DNA from: Bacilli bacterium | Lineage (GTDB): Bacteria; Bacillota_I; Bacilli_A; RFN20; CAG-826 | Direction of reading: 5' to 3' | Assembly: GCA_017445245.1 (NCBI GenBank) | Contig: JAFSUM010000024.1 | Location: 2,191-66,190, forward strand | DNA length: 64,000 bases | Notes under the pieces: model-generated | What the model saw: the letters and a program-made list of their open reading frames with translations, nothing else | The model's database searches: none | Told to the model about the DNA's origin: nothing | Shown here: one piece after another, positions 1 to 7,872 of the stretch | Numbering within the stretch: the stretch's first letter is position 1 | How the letters are laid out: every line of letters starts with the position of its first letter | Program-made: the position numbers and the translations under genes

Positions 1-306
1 GGTTGGTGGACCGCCCTCGTCCTCTTCATCTTGATGGCGGCCGTGCAAATCATGGCGATGCTCTTGCCGCGTATCATCCAGAAAGCGCGCAACAAGAACG
101 CCGTCAAACTTACCAAGAACCCGGCTGCCGACCAATCCGGCAGAACCATGAAGCTAGTTTCTTATGGCATGATCATCTTCACGATCATCATGGGCTTCTT
201 CCTCCCCTCGGCCATGGGAATCTACTGGTTGATCGGTGGTCTCATCTCCATGATTCAGACCCTTGTCACCCAACTCATTTTGGGCAAAAAGAAGAAAGGA
301 AAATAA
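1..306 (+). CDS. yidC: membrane protein insertase YidC/SpoIIIJ, C-terminal fragment (5' end outside window)
   Basis: Frame 1 is open from base 1 to TAA 304-306. Hydrophobic C-terminal helices (MIIFTIIMGFFLPSAMGIYWLIGGLISMIQT) and a basic KKKKGK tail are typical of YidC. It is followed directly by jag, as in the conserved rnpA-yidC-jag arrangement. Confidence 0.8.
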   Translation, partial: GWWTALVLFILMAAVQIMAMLLPRIIQKARNKNAVKLTKNPAADQSGRTMKLVSYGMIIFTIIMGFFLPSAMGIYWLIGGLISMIQTLVTQLILGKKKKGK

Positions 307-309
307 TCG

Positions 310-909
310 ATGAAAGAATTCACCGGTAAGACGGTCGATGAGGCCGTCAAGGTTGCCGCCGATAGCCTTGGCGTCGACTCCCTCCACCTCGTCTACGAAG
401 TCAAAGAGGAAAAGAAATCCCTCTTCAAGAAATCCGCGACCATCCTCGTCTATGAGGACGAAGACGCCGCCCACTATGCCGAGGAATACCTCAAATCCTC
501 GCTTAAGGCCCTTGGCGTCGACATCGAAACCGAAGCGGTTCTCGAAGACGGCATCATCAAGATCAGCATCGATTCCGATGCCAACCCGATCATCATCGGC
601 AAAGGCGGCAGAACGTTGCAGGCCTTCAACGAAATCACCAAATTCGCCGTTTCGACCAAGTTCCGCAAGAGATTCCGCATCCTCCTCGACGTCGGCGGAT
701 ATAAAGAAGATAAGTACGCGCGTATAGAGCGTATGGTCACCCGCGTTGCGAAATCGGTCCTCCGCGATCATGTCGATGCGACCCTCGACCCGATGACCCC
801 CGATGAAAGGCGTGTCGTCCATAACACCCTCTCTTCCTGGGAACACATCAAGACCGAGTCCAGCGGCGAAGGCGCCGACCGCGCGGTCACCATCAAATAC
901 GTCGACTAA
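310..909 (+). CDS. khpB: RNA-binding protein Jag/KhpB (Jag_N, KH and R3H domains)
   Basis: 199 aa. KH-like IIGKGGRTLQA motif and C-terminal R3H-type segment (PMTPDERRVVHNTL). Position immediately after yidC. Confidence 0.85.
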   Translation: MKEFTGKTVDEAVKVAADSLGVDSLHLVYEVKEEKKSLFKKSATILVYEDEDAAHYAEEYLKSSLKALGVDIETEAVLEDGIIKISIDSDANPIIIGKGGRTLQAFNEITKFAVSTKFRKRFRILLDVGGYKEDKYARIERMVTRVAKSVLRDHVDATLDPMTPDERRVVHNTLSSWEHIKTESSGEGADRAVTIKYVD

Positions 910-919
910 CCGACCAACA

Positions 920-949
920 CCGTCAGCATACCGCTGGCGGTTTTCTTTC
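920..949 (+). terminator. intrinsic terminator after jag
   Basis: CCGTCAGC (920-927) pairs with GCTGGCGG (933-940): 8 bp including one G-U pair, loop ATACC. Followed by TTTTCTTT (941-948). Confidence 0.6.
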
Positions 950-952
950 GCG

Positions 953-969
953 TATAATGAGCGCACATG
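953..969 (+). promoter_or_regulatory. putative -10 box placed for a leaderless mnmE mRNA
   Basis: TATAAT at 953-958, then 8 nt (gagcgcac) with no purine-rich SD, then ATG 967. The -35 region is weak. Confidence 0.35.
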
Positions 970-2289
970 GAAACGATCGTCGCCTTAGCTACCCCCGCCT
1001 TAGTCAGCGCTCTCGCCCTGATTCGCGTCAGCGGAGATGCAGCCTTTTCCATCACTGAAAAACTATGCGGAAAGCCTTTAAACGGAATCGAAAAGCCGCA
1101 AATCGTACATGCCTATTTGAGTTTTGAAGGCCGAAATCTAGATGAAGTCGTCCTTTTGTGTTTTCCCGCAAACAAATCGATGACTGGCGAAGAAGTCGTT
1201 GAGATTTCTTGCCATGGATCCCCGCTTATCGCAAACGAAATCATCCAGGCCTATTTGTCTCTAGGTGCCCGTTATGCCGTAAACGGGGAATTCACCTCCC
1301 GCGCCTTCTATAACGGCAAAATGGACCTTATCCAAGCCGAAGCCATCAACGATATCATCAACGCGACCACCTCCGAGAGCAAAAACGTGGCCATGCTTTC
1401 CTTAAAAGGCGAAACAAGCAAATTACTTAACCCGTTCTTGGAAAAGATTTCTGCTATGCTCGCCTTGGTCGAAGTCGGCATCGATTACCCTGAATACGAT
1501 GAGGAAGAGCAGGCGACCATTCCGGCTTTGTTGTCTGGCATCCGCGACATGAAGAAAGACTTGGATGCCCTTATCGAAAAAGGATCCTGCGGGCATTATG
1601 TCCGTAATGGTGTGGATATTGCCCTTGTCGGTGAACCTAACGTCGGTAAATCCTCTTTATTGAATGCCCTCCTAGCCGAAGATAAGGCAATCGTTTCCGC
1701 GATTCCCGGCACGACCCGCGATGTTGTTGAAGGAACGATTTCCCTAAACGGCTTGCCCGTGCGCCTATTTGATACGGCGGGTATCCGCGATACCGAAGAC
1801 GAGATCGAACGACTTGGTGTCGAACGCAGCCGTAAAGCCTTGGAAAAAGCGACCATCGTCCTCCTCGTCCGCGACGAACGCGGAGAAACAGAAGAATACC
1901 TTCGTCTTAAAGAAACCCTTCAAGGAAAACGCGTTATCGAAGTCGCCAATAAAAGCGATCTCACGAAACCGAATGTGTCAGACGTGTGCTATGTTTCGGC
2001 CAAAAACGGCGATATCGAACCGTTAAAGAAAGCGATCTTTGATGCCCTAAGCTTGCGCGAAGACGTTTTCGTTACCCCCTCTTTATCTTCGGAACGCGAA
2101 CTCGCCTTGCTCCGCCAGACCAAAACGGCCTTGGAAGAAGCGGAACGCCTATGCATGGATAACATGACTCTCGATATCGTTTCGGCTTCCCTGCAAGAGG
2201 CTTATAACGATATTCGCCGCCTGTTGGGGCTGGACGCGACACAGGATTTCGGTGATGAAATCTTTTCGCGCTTCTGCGTAGGTAAGTGA
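967..2289 (+). CDS. mnmE: tRNA modification GTPase MnmE (TrmE)
   Basis: 440 aa. G1 GEPNVGKSSLLN, G3 DTAGIR, G4 NKSD. Canonical C-terminal CVGK immediately before TGA. Confidence 0.95.
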   Translation: METIVALATPALVSALALIRVSGDAAFSITEKLCGKPLNGIEKPQIVHAYLSFEGRNLDEVVLLCFPANKSMTGEEVVEISCHGSPLIANEIIQAYLSLGARYAVNGEFTSRAFYNGKMDLIQAEAINDIINATTSESKNVAMLSLKGETSKLLNPFLEKISAMLALVEVGIDYPEYDEEEQATIPALLSGIRDMKKDLDALIEKGSCGHYVRNGVDIALVGEPNVGKSSLLNALLAEDKAIVSAIPGTTRDVVEGTISLNGLPVRLFDTAGIRDTEDEIERLGVERSRKALEKATIVLLVRDERGETEEYLRLKETLQGKRVIEVANKSDLTKPNVSDVCYVSAKNGDIEPLKKAIFDALSLREDVFVTPSLSSERELALLRQTKTALEEAERLCMDNMTLDIVSASLQEAYNDIRRLLGLDATQDFGDEIFSRFCVGK

Positions 2290-2292
2290 TAC

Positions 2293-3069
2293 ATGGTCTA
2301 TTTCGATTCCCATTGTCATTTAAACGATGAAGCCTTCCTTCCAAATCTAGAGGAAGAGATTTCTCGCTGCAAAGAAGCCGGCCTGAAAGCCATGGTTTGC
2401 ATCGGTTACGACATCGAATCTTCGAAACGTGCCATCGAAATTGCTGAAAAATACCCAGAAGTCTATGCCGCGATCGGCGTACATCCCGAAAACCGCGATG
2501 GTTTGGAATTAAAAGACCTCGATAAGATTCGCGAAATGGCCGCCCACCCCAAAGTTATCGCGATCGGGGAAATTGGTTTGGACTACCACTGGTACAAGAA
2601 ACCCGAAGAACGGGAACCCCAGAAACCGTGGTTCATCGCTCAGATTGCTTTGGCCAATGAATTGAATTTGCCGGTGAGCATCCACGCTAGAGAGGCCACC
2701 CAGGACACGATGGAAATCCTAAAGGCCCACCCCGTTAAGGCGGGCGCGGTCCTTCACTGCTATTCTGGTTCCCCTGAGAGTTTAAAAGAATTCGCTGCCA
2801 TGGGTCTATATTTTGGATTTGATGGGCCCATCACCTATAAAAACGCCATCGCGCCCAAAGAATGCGTGCGTATTTGCCCTGAAGACCGCATCCTCGTCGA
2901 AACCGATTCCCCCTACCTTAGCCCCGTCCCCTTCCGCGGGAAACAAAATAGCCCTGCCCACATTCCTTTCATCGTCTCCGCGATGGCCGAACTTCGCGGC
3001 GTATCCCTCGAGATGATGGGCCGAATTCTCCAATCAAATTTCGAAAGGCTGTTTCGCGTGAAACTATGA
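2293..3069 (+). CDS. tatD: TatD-family metal-dependent hydrolase/DNase (YabD-like)
   Basis: 258 aa. N-terminal FDSHCHL metal motif, internal IGEIGLDY and ETDSPYL motifs. Confidence 0.9.
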   Translation: MVYFDSHCHLNDEAFLPNLEEEISRCKEAGLKAMVCIGYDIESSKRAIEIAEKYPEVYAAIGVHPENRDGLELKDLDKIREMAAHPKVIAIGEIGLDYHWYKKPEEREPQKPWFIAQIALANELNLPVSIHAREATQDTMEILKAHPVKAGAVLHCYSGSPESLKEFAAMGLYFGFDGPITYKNAIAPKECVRICPEDRILVETDSPYLSPVPFRGKQNSPAHIPFIVSAMAELRGVSLEMMGRILQSNFERLFRVKL

Positions 3070-3602
3070 GCAAGACTTCGTTCCCTATCGTTTTGGTTGT
3101 AGAAGGACCATCGGACAAGGCTTTTTTAAGCAGTTTTATCGATTGCGAGTTCGTCATGACCAACGGCTCTGCTATTTCACGTGAAACAATTGACTACATT
3201 AAAGAACTCTCGAAGAGCAAGAAAATCGTCGTTTTGACCGACCCCGATTTTCCGGGCGAGCAGATACGGGCAAAGATCGCTGCCGAGGTGCCGAACGTTT
3301 CCCACGCCTTCGTCCGCAAGGAAGTTTCGATTAAGCATCATAAAGTTGGTGTCGCCGAATCGACGAGAGAAGAAGTCCTCACCGCTTTGTCGAACATCGT
3401 TCCGGGCTCTTTCGAAACGGGCACGCTTACGATGAATGACCTCTATGATTTAGGCCTCATGGGTGAGGCGGATTCGTCTTTCAAAAGAGAAAAGATAGCC
3501 GCGATGTGGCACTTAGGACACGTTAACGCGAAGTCTTTCCTTAAAAGGTTGAACGCTTTGGGGAAGAATAAGAAAGAATTGGAGGAAGCCCTTCATGGAT
3601 GA
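3066..3602 (+). CDS. rnmV: ribonuclease M5 (5S rRNA maturase, Toprim domain)
   Basis: 178 aa. VVEGPSDK and LTDPDFPGEQIR Toprim motifs. ATGA overlap with tatD, and located upstream of rsmA as in Bacillus. Confidence 0.85.
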   Translation: MSKTSFPIVLVVEGPSDKAFLSSFIDCEFVMTNGSAISRETIDYIKELSKSKKIVVLTDPDFPGEQIRAKIAAEVPNVSHAFVRKEVSIKHHKVGVAESTREEVLTALSNIVPGSFETGTLTMNDLYDLGLMGEADSSFKREKIAAMWHLGHVNAKSFLKRLNALGKNKKELEEALHG

Positions 3603-4398
3603 ACGCCGTTACTTTGAAATCGTCGCCTCATATAAACTCATGGCCAAACACGAGGTCGGCCAAAATTTCCTTATCGATACCGACGCCGCGCAGCGCATCG
3701 TCGCCGAAGCCGATATCCAAAAAGGCGAGAAAGTCCTCGAGATCGGCTCGGGCGCAGGTTCTTTGACTTATTTCCTTTCCAAAACCGAAGGCGATATCGA
3801 AGCCATCGACATCGACGAAGGCCTTATCGCCAAGCTGCAGGAAGATTTCGCGGGGGACGTGAACGTCCATTATGGCAATGCGGCCAAATTCGAATATGCC
3901 CCTTACGACAAAATCATCGGCAACCTCCCCTACTACATCACCTCCTCCCTCGTCGAACGGACGTTGCTTTTAGGCGTGAATGCCAAAAAGATGGTGTTCA
4001 TGGTCCAAAAAGAGGCCGGCGAGAGGTTGCTTTCCTTGCCCGGCGGAAAGGATTATGGCCCTTTGCCGGTTCTTCTTCGCTGGCTCTCCAACCCAAAACG
4101 CGCCTTCTCCGTCAAACGGGATTGTTTCGCCCCTGCTCCTCACGTGGATTCCATCGTCTTGCGGTTTGATATGCTGTCGCGCCCCGACATCGATTTGAAA
4201 AAGGCGTACCGTTTTGTTGAGGCCATGTTCCTACAACGCCGCAAAAAGCTGCTCAACAATCTGAAAAATGCCTTACACGATTCCCAAAAAGCCGAACATA
4301 TCCTTCACGAATGCGGCTTGTCTCCCGATATCCGCCCCGAACAAGTAAGCCCAGAAGTCTTTCTTCGCCTCTATCGCCTTACTTTTGAAATAAAGTAA
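3595..4398 (+). CDS. rsmA: 16S rRNA (adenine1518/1519-N6)-dimethyltransferase RsmA/KsgA
   Basis: 267 aa. GQNFL start motif, SAM site VLEIGSGAGSLT, GNLPYYI motif. Confidence 0.95.
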   Translation: MDERRYFEIVASYKLMAKHEVGQNFLIDTDAAQRIVAEADIQKGEKVLEIGSGAGSLTYFLSKTEGDIEAIDIDEGLIAKLQEDFAGDVNVHYGNAAKFEYAPYDKIIGNLPYYITSSLVERTLLLGVNAKKMVFMVQKEAGERLLSLPGGKDYGPLPVLLRWLSNPKRAFSVKRDCFAPAPHVDSIVLRFDMLSRPDIDLKKAYRFVEAMFLQRRKKLLNNLKNALHDSQKAEHILHECGLSPDIRPEQVSPEVFLRLYRLTFEIK

Positions 4399-4447
4399 AT
4401 CTTGCTATCTACCCGAAGCGAAACGAGTACAATTAGTCACATCCATT

Positions 4448-5293
4448 ATGGTCATCAAGTGCCACGCCAAAATCAATCTCGCCCTTCAGGTGAAAGGAAC
4501 GCGGGAAGACGGATATCACCTCCTTTCGATGGTAAACCTTCCCATCGACCTTCACGACGTGATCGAAATCGAAAGCCTGCCCTATTACAAAGACACCTAT
4601 ATCGTCTGCGACGAGCTCCGTCTTTTGAACGGCCATTCGAATATCTGCATGAAGGTTATCGAACACATGCGTGCGAAATGCGGCTTCCAGGAGAACTTCC
4701 TCGTCCGCATCCATAAAGGCATTCCCTCTGCCGCCGGCTTAGGCGGTGGTTCCAGCGATGCGGCCAACGTCATGATGGCCGTGAATCACATGCTGAAGCT
4801 TGGTCTTTCGACGCGGGACCTCTGCGAGCTATCCCTTCCCGTCGGAAGCGATATCCCCTTTTTTCTCCATGGCAAACCCGCCCTCGTAGAAGGAATTGGC
4901 AACATCGTGACCCCGATCACGGTGAAAAAGACCTACCATGCCCTCATAATCAAACCCGAAAAGGGATTATCGACCAAAGACGTCTACAAAGCCTGCAACG
5001 AGACGGAACGTTTGTTGATTGATACCTCCAAGGTAGTCGATGGCCTTGTCGAAGGGGATGATGGAAAAATCATCGCCAATTTCGGCAATGATCTCTTCCC
5101 TGCCGCGAAAAAACTCTTGCCCGAAGTGGCCGATATCGTCGCCGAACTTCGCAAAGACGGTTTCCCCCTCTCCGCGATGACGGGAAGCGGCTCTTGCTGC
5201 TACGCTCTTTCCTGCGATGCCAAAACCCTGAAATCCGAAGAAAAGAAATGGATTAAGAAGGGCTACGACACCTACTTGACCAAATTGCTATAA
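4448..5293 (+). CDS. ispE: 4-diphosphocytidyl-2-C-methyl-D-erythritol kinase
   Basis: 281 aa. AKINL N-terminus and GHMP motif PSAAGLGGGSSDAA. Confidence 0.9.
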   Translation: MVIKCHAKINLALQVKGTREDGYHLLSMVNLPIDLHDVIEIESLPYYKDTYIVCDELRLLNGHSNICMKVIEHMRAKCGFQENFLVRIHKGIPSAAGLGGGSSDAANVMMAVNHMLKLGLSTRDLCELSLPVGSDIPFFLHGKPALVEGIGNIVTPITVKKTYHALIIKPEKGLSTKDVYKACNETERLLIDTSKVVDGLVEGDDGKIIANFGNDLFPAAKKLLPEVADIVAELRKDGFPLSAMTGSGSCCYALSCDAKTLKSEEKKWIKKGYDTYLTKLL

Positions 5294-5304
5294 GGAGAAT
5301 GACC

Positions 5305-6678
5305 ATGGATCGTTTCGCCATCGTACTCGCGGCCGGGAAAGGCACGCGCATGAAATCTGTCCGCGAGGACGTTTCGAAAGTCTCGTTCCCGATATTGGGT
5401 CGGGCGATGGTGGAGTGGGTTTTGGAATCCCTTAAGGCTTTGAACCTGAATCAAATCGTCACCGTCGTCGGTTTCGGCGGGAAGACCAGCGAAGCCTTGG
5501 CTAAGCCTTATGGCGAAGTCGTCTGGCAAGAAGAGCAAAAAGGAACGGGCCATGCCGTAATGATGGCCGCTCCCCTGCTCGAAAACAAAGAGGGCGTGAC
5601 CCTGATTTGCTGCGGCGACACGCCTCTTCTAACTTCCAAGACCCTCGAAGCCCTTCTTTCTAGCCATGAACTCCATGGCAACGCCTTGACTCTTCTCACC
5701 GCGAACGTCGATGATCCGCGCGGTTATGGCCGCGTCATCAAAAAGAACGGCCGCGTCATCCGTATCGTCGAACAGAAAGACTGCACGCCCGATATCGATG
5801 CGATTCACGAGATTAACGCAGGCGTGTATGCCTTCGATAACCGCGAGCTGTTCCGTTATTTGAAACGGATTACCCCCAATAACGCCGCTGGTGAGTATTA
5901 CCTGACCGACATTATCGGAATGTTCGTCGAGGACGGCCTCAAGGTTTCCTCTTTTTCCATCGCCGATGTCGCCGAAACCATGGGTGTCAATGACCGTTAC
6001 CAGTTGAGCGTCGCGACCAAATGTATGCGCGAACGCATCAATAAGCGTTGGATGATTCACGGGGTAACCTTCGAAGACCCCGATACGGCTTATATCGGTC
6101 CCGAGGTCAAGCTTTCCCGCGATACGGTCATCCGTCCGAACGTGCACGTCCTAGGCAAATCGTTCATCGGGCACGAGAACGTCATTGGCCCAGACACGTA
6201 CTTGGAAAACGTTCGTGTCGGGGAACGAAATACGATTATCTGCTCTCATTTAGTCGATACGGTCATCGATGACGATACACATCTTGGGCCCTACTTACGG
6301 ACCAGGGGTGGTGCCCATATCCATAATGGGGCCACGATCGGCAACTTCAATGAACTCAAGAATACCGATTTTGGTGAAGGAAGCCATTGCCTCCACCTCT
6401 CCTATTTGGGCGATACGTCCGTCGGCAAAGACGTCAATATCGGCTGCGGAACCATCACGGCGAACTTCGATGGGGAAACCAAACACCCCTCGGAAATCCA
6501 TGACGGCGCCTTCGTCGGCTGCGGCAGCGTGCTCGTAAGCCCCGTAAAAATTGAAGAAAGGGCCTTTGTAGGCGCGGGATCGGTTATCACGGACGATGTG
6601 CCGTCTGATGCCCTCGCGATCGCTAGAAGTCGCCAAGAAAACAAACCGGGCCGTTCTCCAAAAGCCAAAAAAGACTAA
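5305..6678 (+). CDS. glmU: bifunctional UDP-GlcNAc pyrophosphorylase / GlcN-1-P N-acetyltransferase GlmU
   Basis: LAAGKGTRM nucleotidyltransferase motif and C-terminal hexapeptide-repeat beta-helix. Start moved to ATG 5305 because AAGGAG (5292-5297) sits 7 nt upstream of it and only 1 nt from the ORF-track ATG 5299. Confidence 0.95.
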   Translation: MDRFAIVLAAGKGTRMKSVREDVSKVSFPILGRAMVEWVLESLKALNLNQIVTVVGFGGKTSEALAKPYGEVVWQEEQKGTGHAVMMAAPLLENKEGVTLICCGDTPLLTSKTLEALLSSHELHGNALTLLTANVDDPRGYGRVIKKNGRVIRIVEQKDCTPDIDAIHEINAGVYAFDNRELFRYLKRITPNNAAGEYYLTDIIGMFVEDGLKVSSFSIADVAETMGVNDRYQLSVATKCMRERINKRWMIHGVTFEDPDTAYIGPEVKLSRDTVIRPNVHVLGKSFIGHENVIGPDTYLENVRVGERNTIICSHLVDTVIDDDTHLGPYLRTRGGAHIHNGATIGNFNELKNTDFGEGSHCLHLSYLGDTSVGKDVNIGCGTITANFDGETKHPSEIHDGAFVGCGSVLVSPVKIEERAFVGAGSVITDDVPSDALAIARSRQENKPGRSPKAKKD

Positions 6679-6690
6679 TCGCAACACGCC

Positions 6691-7755
6691 CTACTTGGAT
6701 AAGCACGTATCGTGAAGCTTGTCGAAGAGGGCGTTTTCAAATGCGTAATGGGAATAATGCCGCCCGAATAAAGCGAAATGGAGGAAGGGCACGAAATAGG
6801 TAACTAGGGTTACGATGGCCGTATTCGCGAAACAGAGCAGATATAGGCCAAGCGTCACTCCGAATATGGCCCAACCGCCTGGCAAGTCCAGATGTCCCCA
6901 GTTCTTTAATAGCATCAGGTGCAGGAAATACATCTCCATCGAGAAGCGTCCCGCGAAGGACACGCCTTTGGAGAAGCGAACCTGTTTCAATAGGTTCAGC
7001 AAACCATAATAGGCAATAGCAGCGCAGAAACAGGCGAGGTAGAACATCCATTGAGCTTCGAGAAACTTCACTTGGATGAATATGGGGTTATTTATGGCAA
7101 TCGGAACCAACCCACCTGCACCCGCGAGCAAACAGCTCAAAGAAACGTATGGGTTATCGAATTTGAAGACTAGCCGCCCAAGGAGATAACCGACTAAGAA
7201 TACGGGTACGTAGATGACGAAATAGTCGTAGGCGAGGAAATGGTCGCTTGGAATCACTTCGTAATGCCGTAAAAGAAGAAGGGTCGTGTAGGCCAAAACG
7301 AGAACCATCGTTACGAATAAAACCTTGAACTTAGGACATAAGCTAGCTAGCAACAATCCAACATCGACGAAAAGAACGATCCATAGCAGGACCCAGCAGA
7401 TCCAAAGTCCGTTGACCGGGTATTCGAGGAAGTCCGAAAAGGCGGCTGGGAAGTCGACCCACTGGCCATATAGGAGCACGCGGAAAAGAAGGAACCATAT
7501 TAACGGGAGCATGTAGGCGAATCCACGTTTGAGGATGTCATATAGGAATCCGACGGGCCGAAGTTCCTTTTTGTAGGAATAAGACATGCCCGAGAAAAAC
7601 ACGAAGGGCGTGACGCTTATCACGAGAAGATAAACCGACCCCCACGTGGAAGTGAAGTTTGGATACGTGCGTTGCAAAACATGGAGCATGACCATGAACG
7701 AAAGGGCGACGAATCTCCCGAGATCGATCACGCTGACGCGCTTACTGGTTTCCAT
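6691..7755 (-). CDS. acyltransferase family 3 integral membrane protein (O-acyltransferase-like)
   Basis: Polytopic hydrophobic protein. The N-terminus VIDLGRFVALSFMVMLH resembles the acyltransferase_3 signature. Start set at ATG 7755 (METSK...), which has a TATAAT box 7 nt upstream; the ORF-track start 7782 would lie upstream of that box. Confidence 0.7.
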   Translation of the reverse strand: METSKRVSVIDLGRFVALSFMVMLHVLQRTYPNFTSTWGSVYLLVISVTPFVFFSGMSYSYKKELRPVGFLYDILKRGFAYMLPLIWFLLFRVLLYGQWVDFPAAFSDFLEYPVNGLWICWVLLWIVLFVDVGLLLASLCPKFKVLFVTMVLVLAYTTLLLLRHYEVIPSDHFLAYDYFVIYVPVFLVGYLLGRLVFKFDNPYVSLSCLLAGAGGLVPIAINNPIFIQVKFLEAQWMFYLACFCAAIAYYGLLNLLKQVRFSKGVSFAGRFSMEMYFLHLMLLKNWGHLDLPGGWAIFGVTLGLYLLCFANTAIVTLVTYFVPFLHFALFGRHYSHYAFENALFDKLHDTCLSK

Positions 7756-7768
7756 GCCCAATATTATA
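7755..7768 (-). promoter_or_regulatory. putative -10 box placed for a leaderless acyltransferase mRNA
   Basis: Minus strand reads TATAAT (7768-7763), 7 nt attgggc, then ATG (7755). No SD. Confidence 0.35.
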
Positions 7769-7822
7769 AGAAATCCGTACATATTCGCCTTTAACGAAAT
7801 CTTTTTATGGCAGATATGTATG

Positions 7823-7853
7823 AAAAACCGCCCAGGCGGTGAAGCCTAGGCGG
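7823..7853 (-). terminator. intrinsic terminator after ppdK
   Basis: Minus strand: CCGCCTAGG-cttcaccg-CCTGGGCGG (9 bp including one G-U pair) followed by TTTTT. Confidence 0.65.
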
Positions 7854-7872
7854 TAATGGATCTCAAGCGAGA

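Noticed and set aside
154-966. 270-aa minus-strand ORF covering jag and the yidC 3' end
   Set aside because: Antisense shadow of two well-supported plus-strand genes. No family signature.
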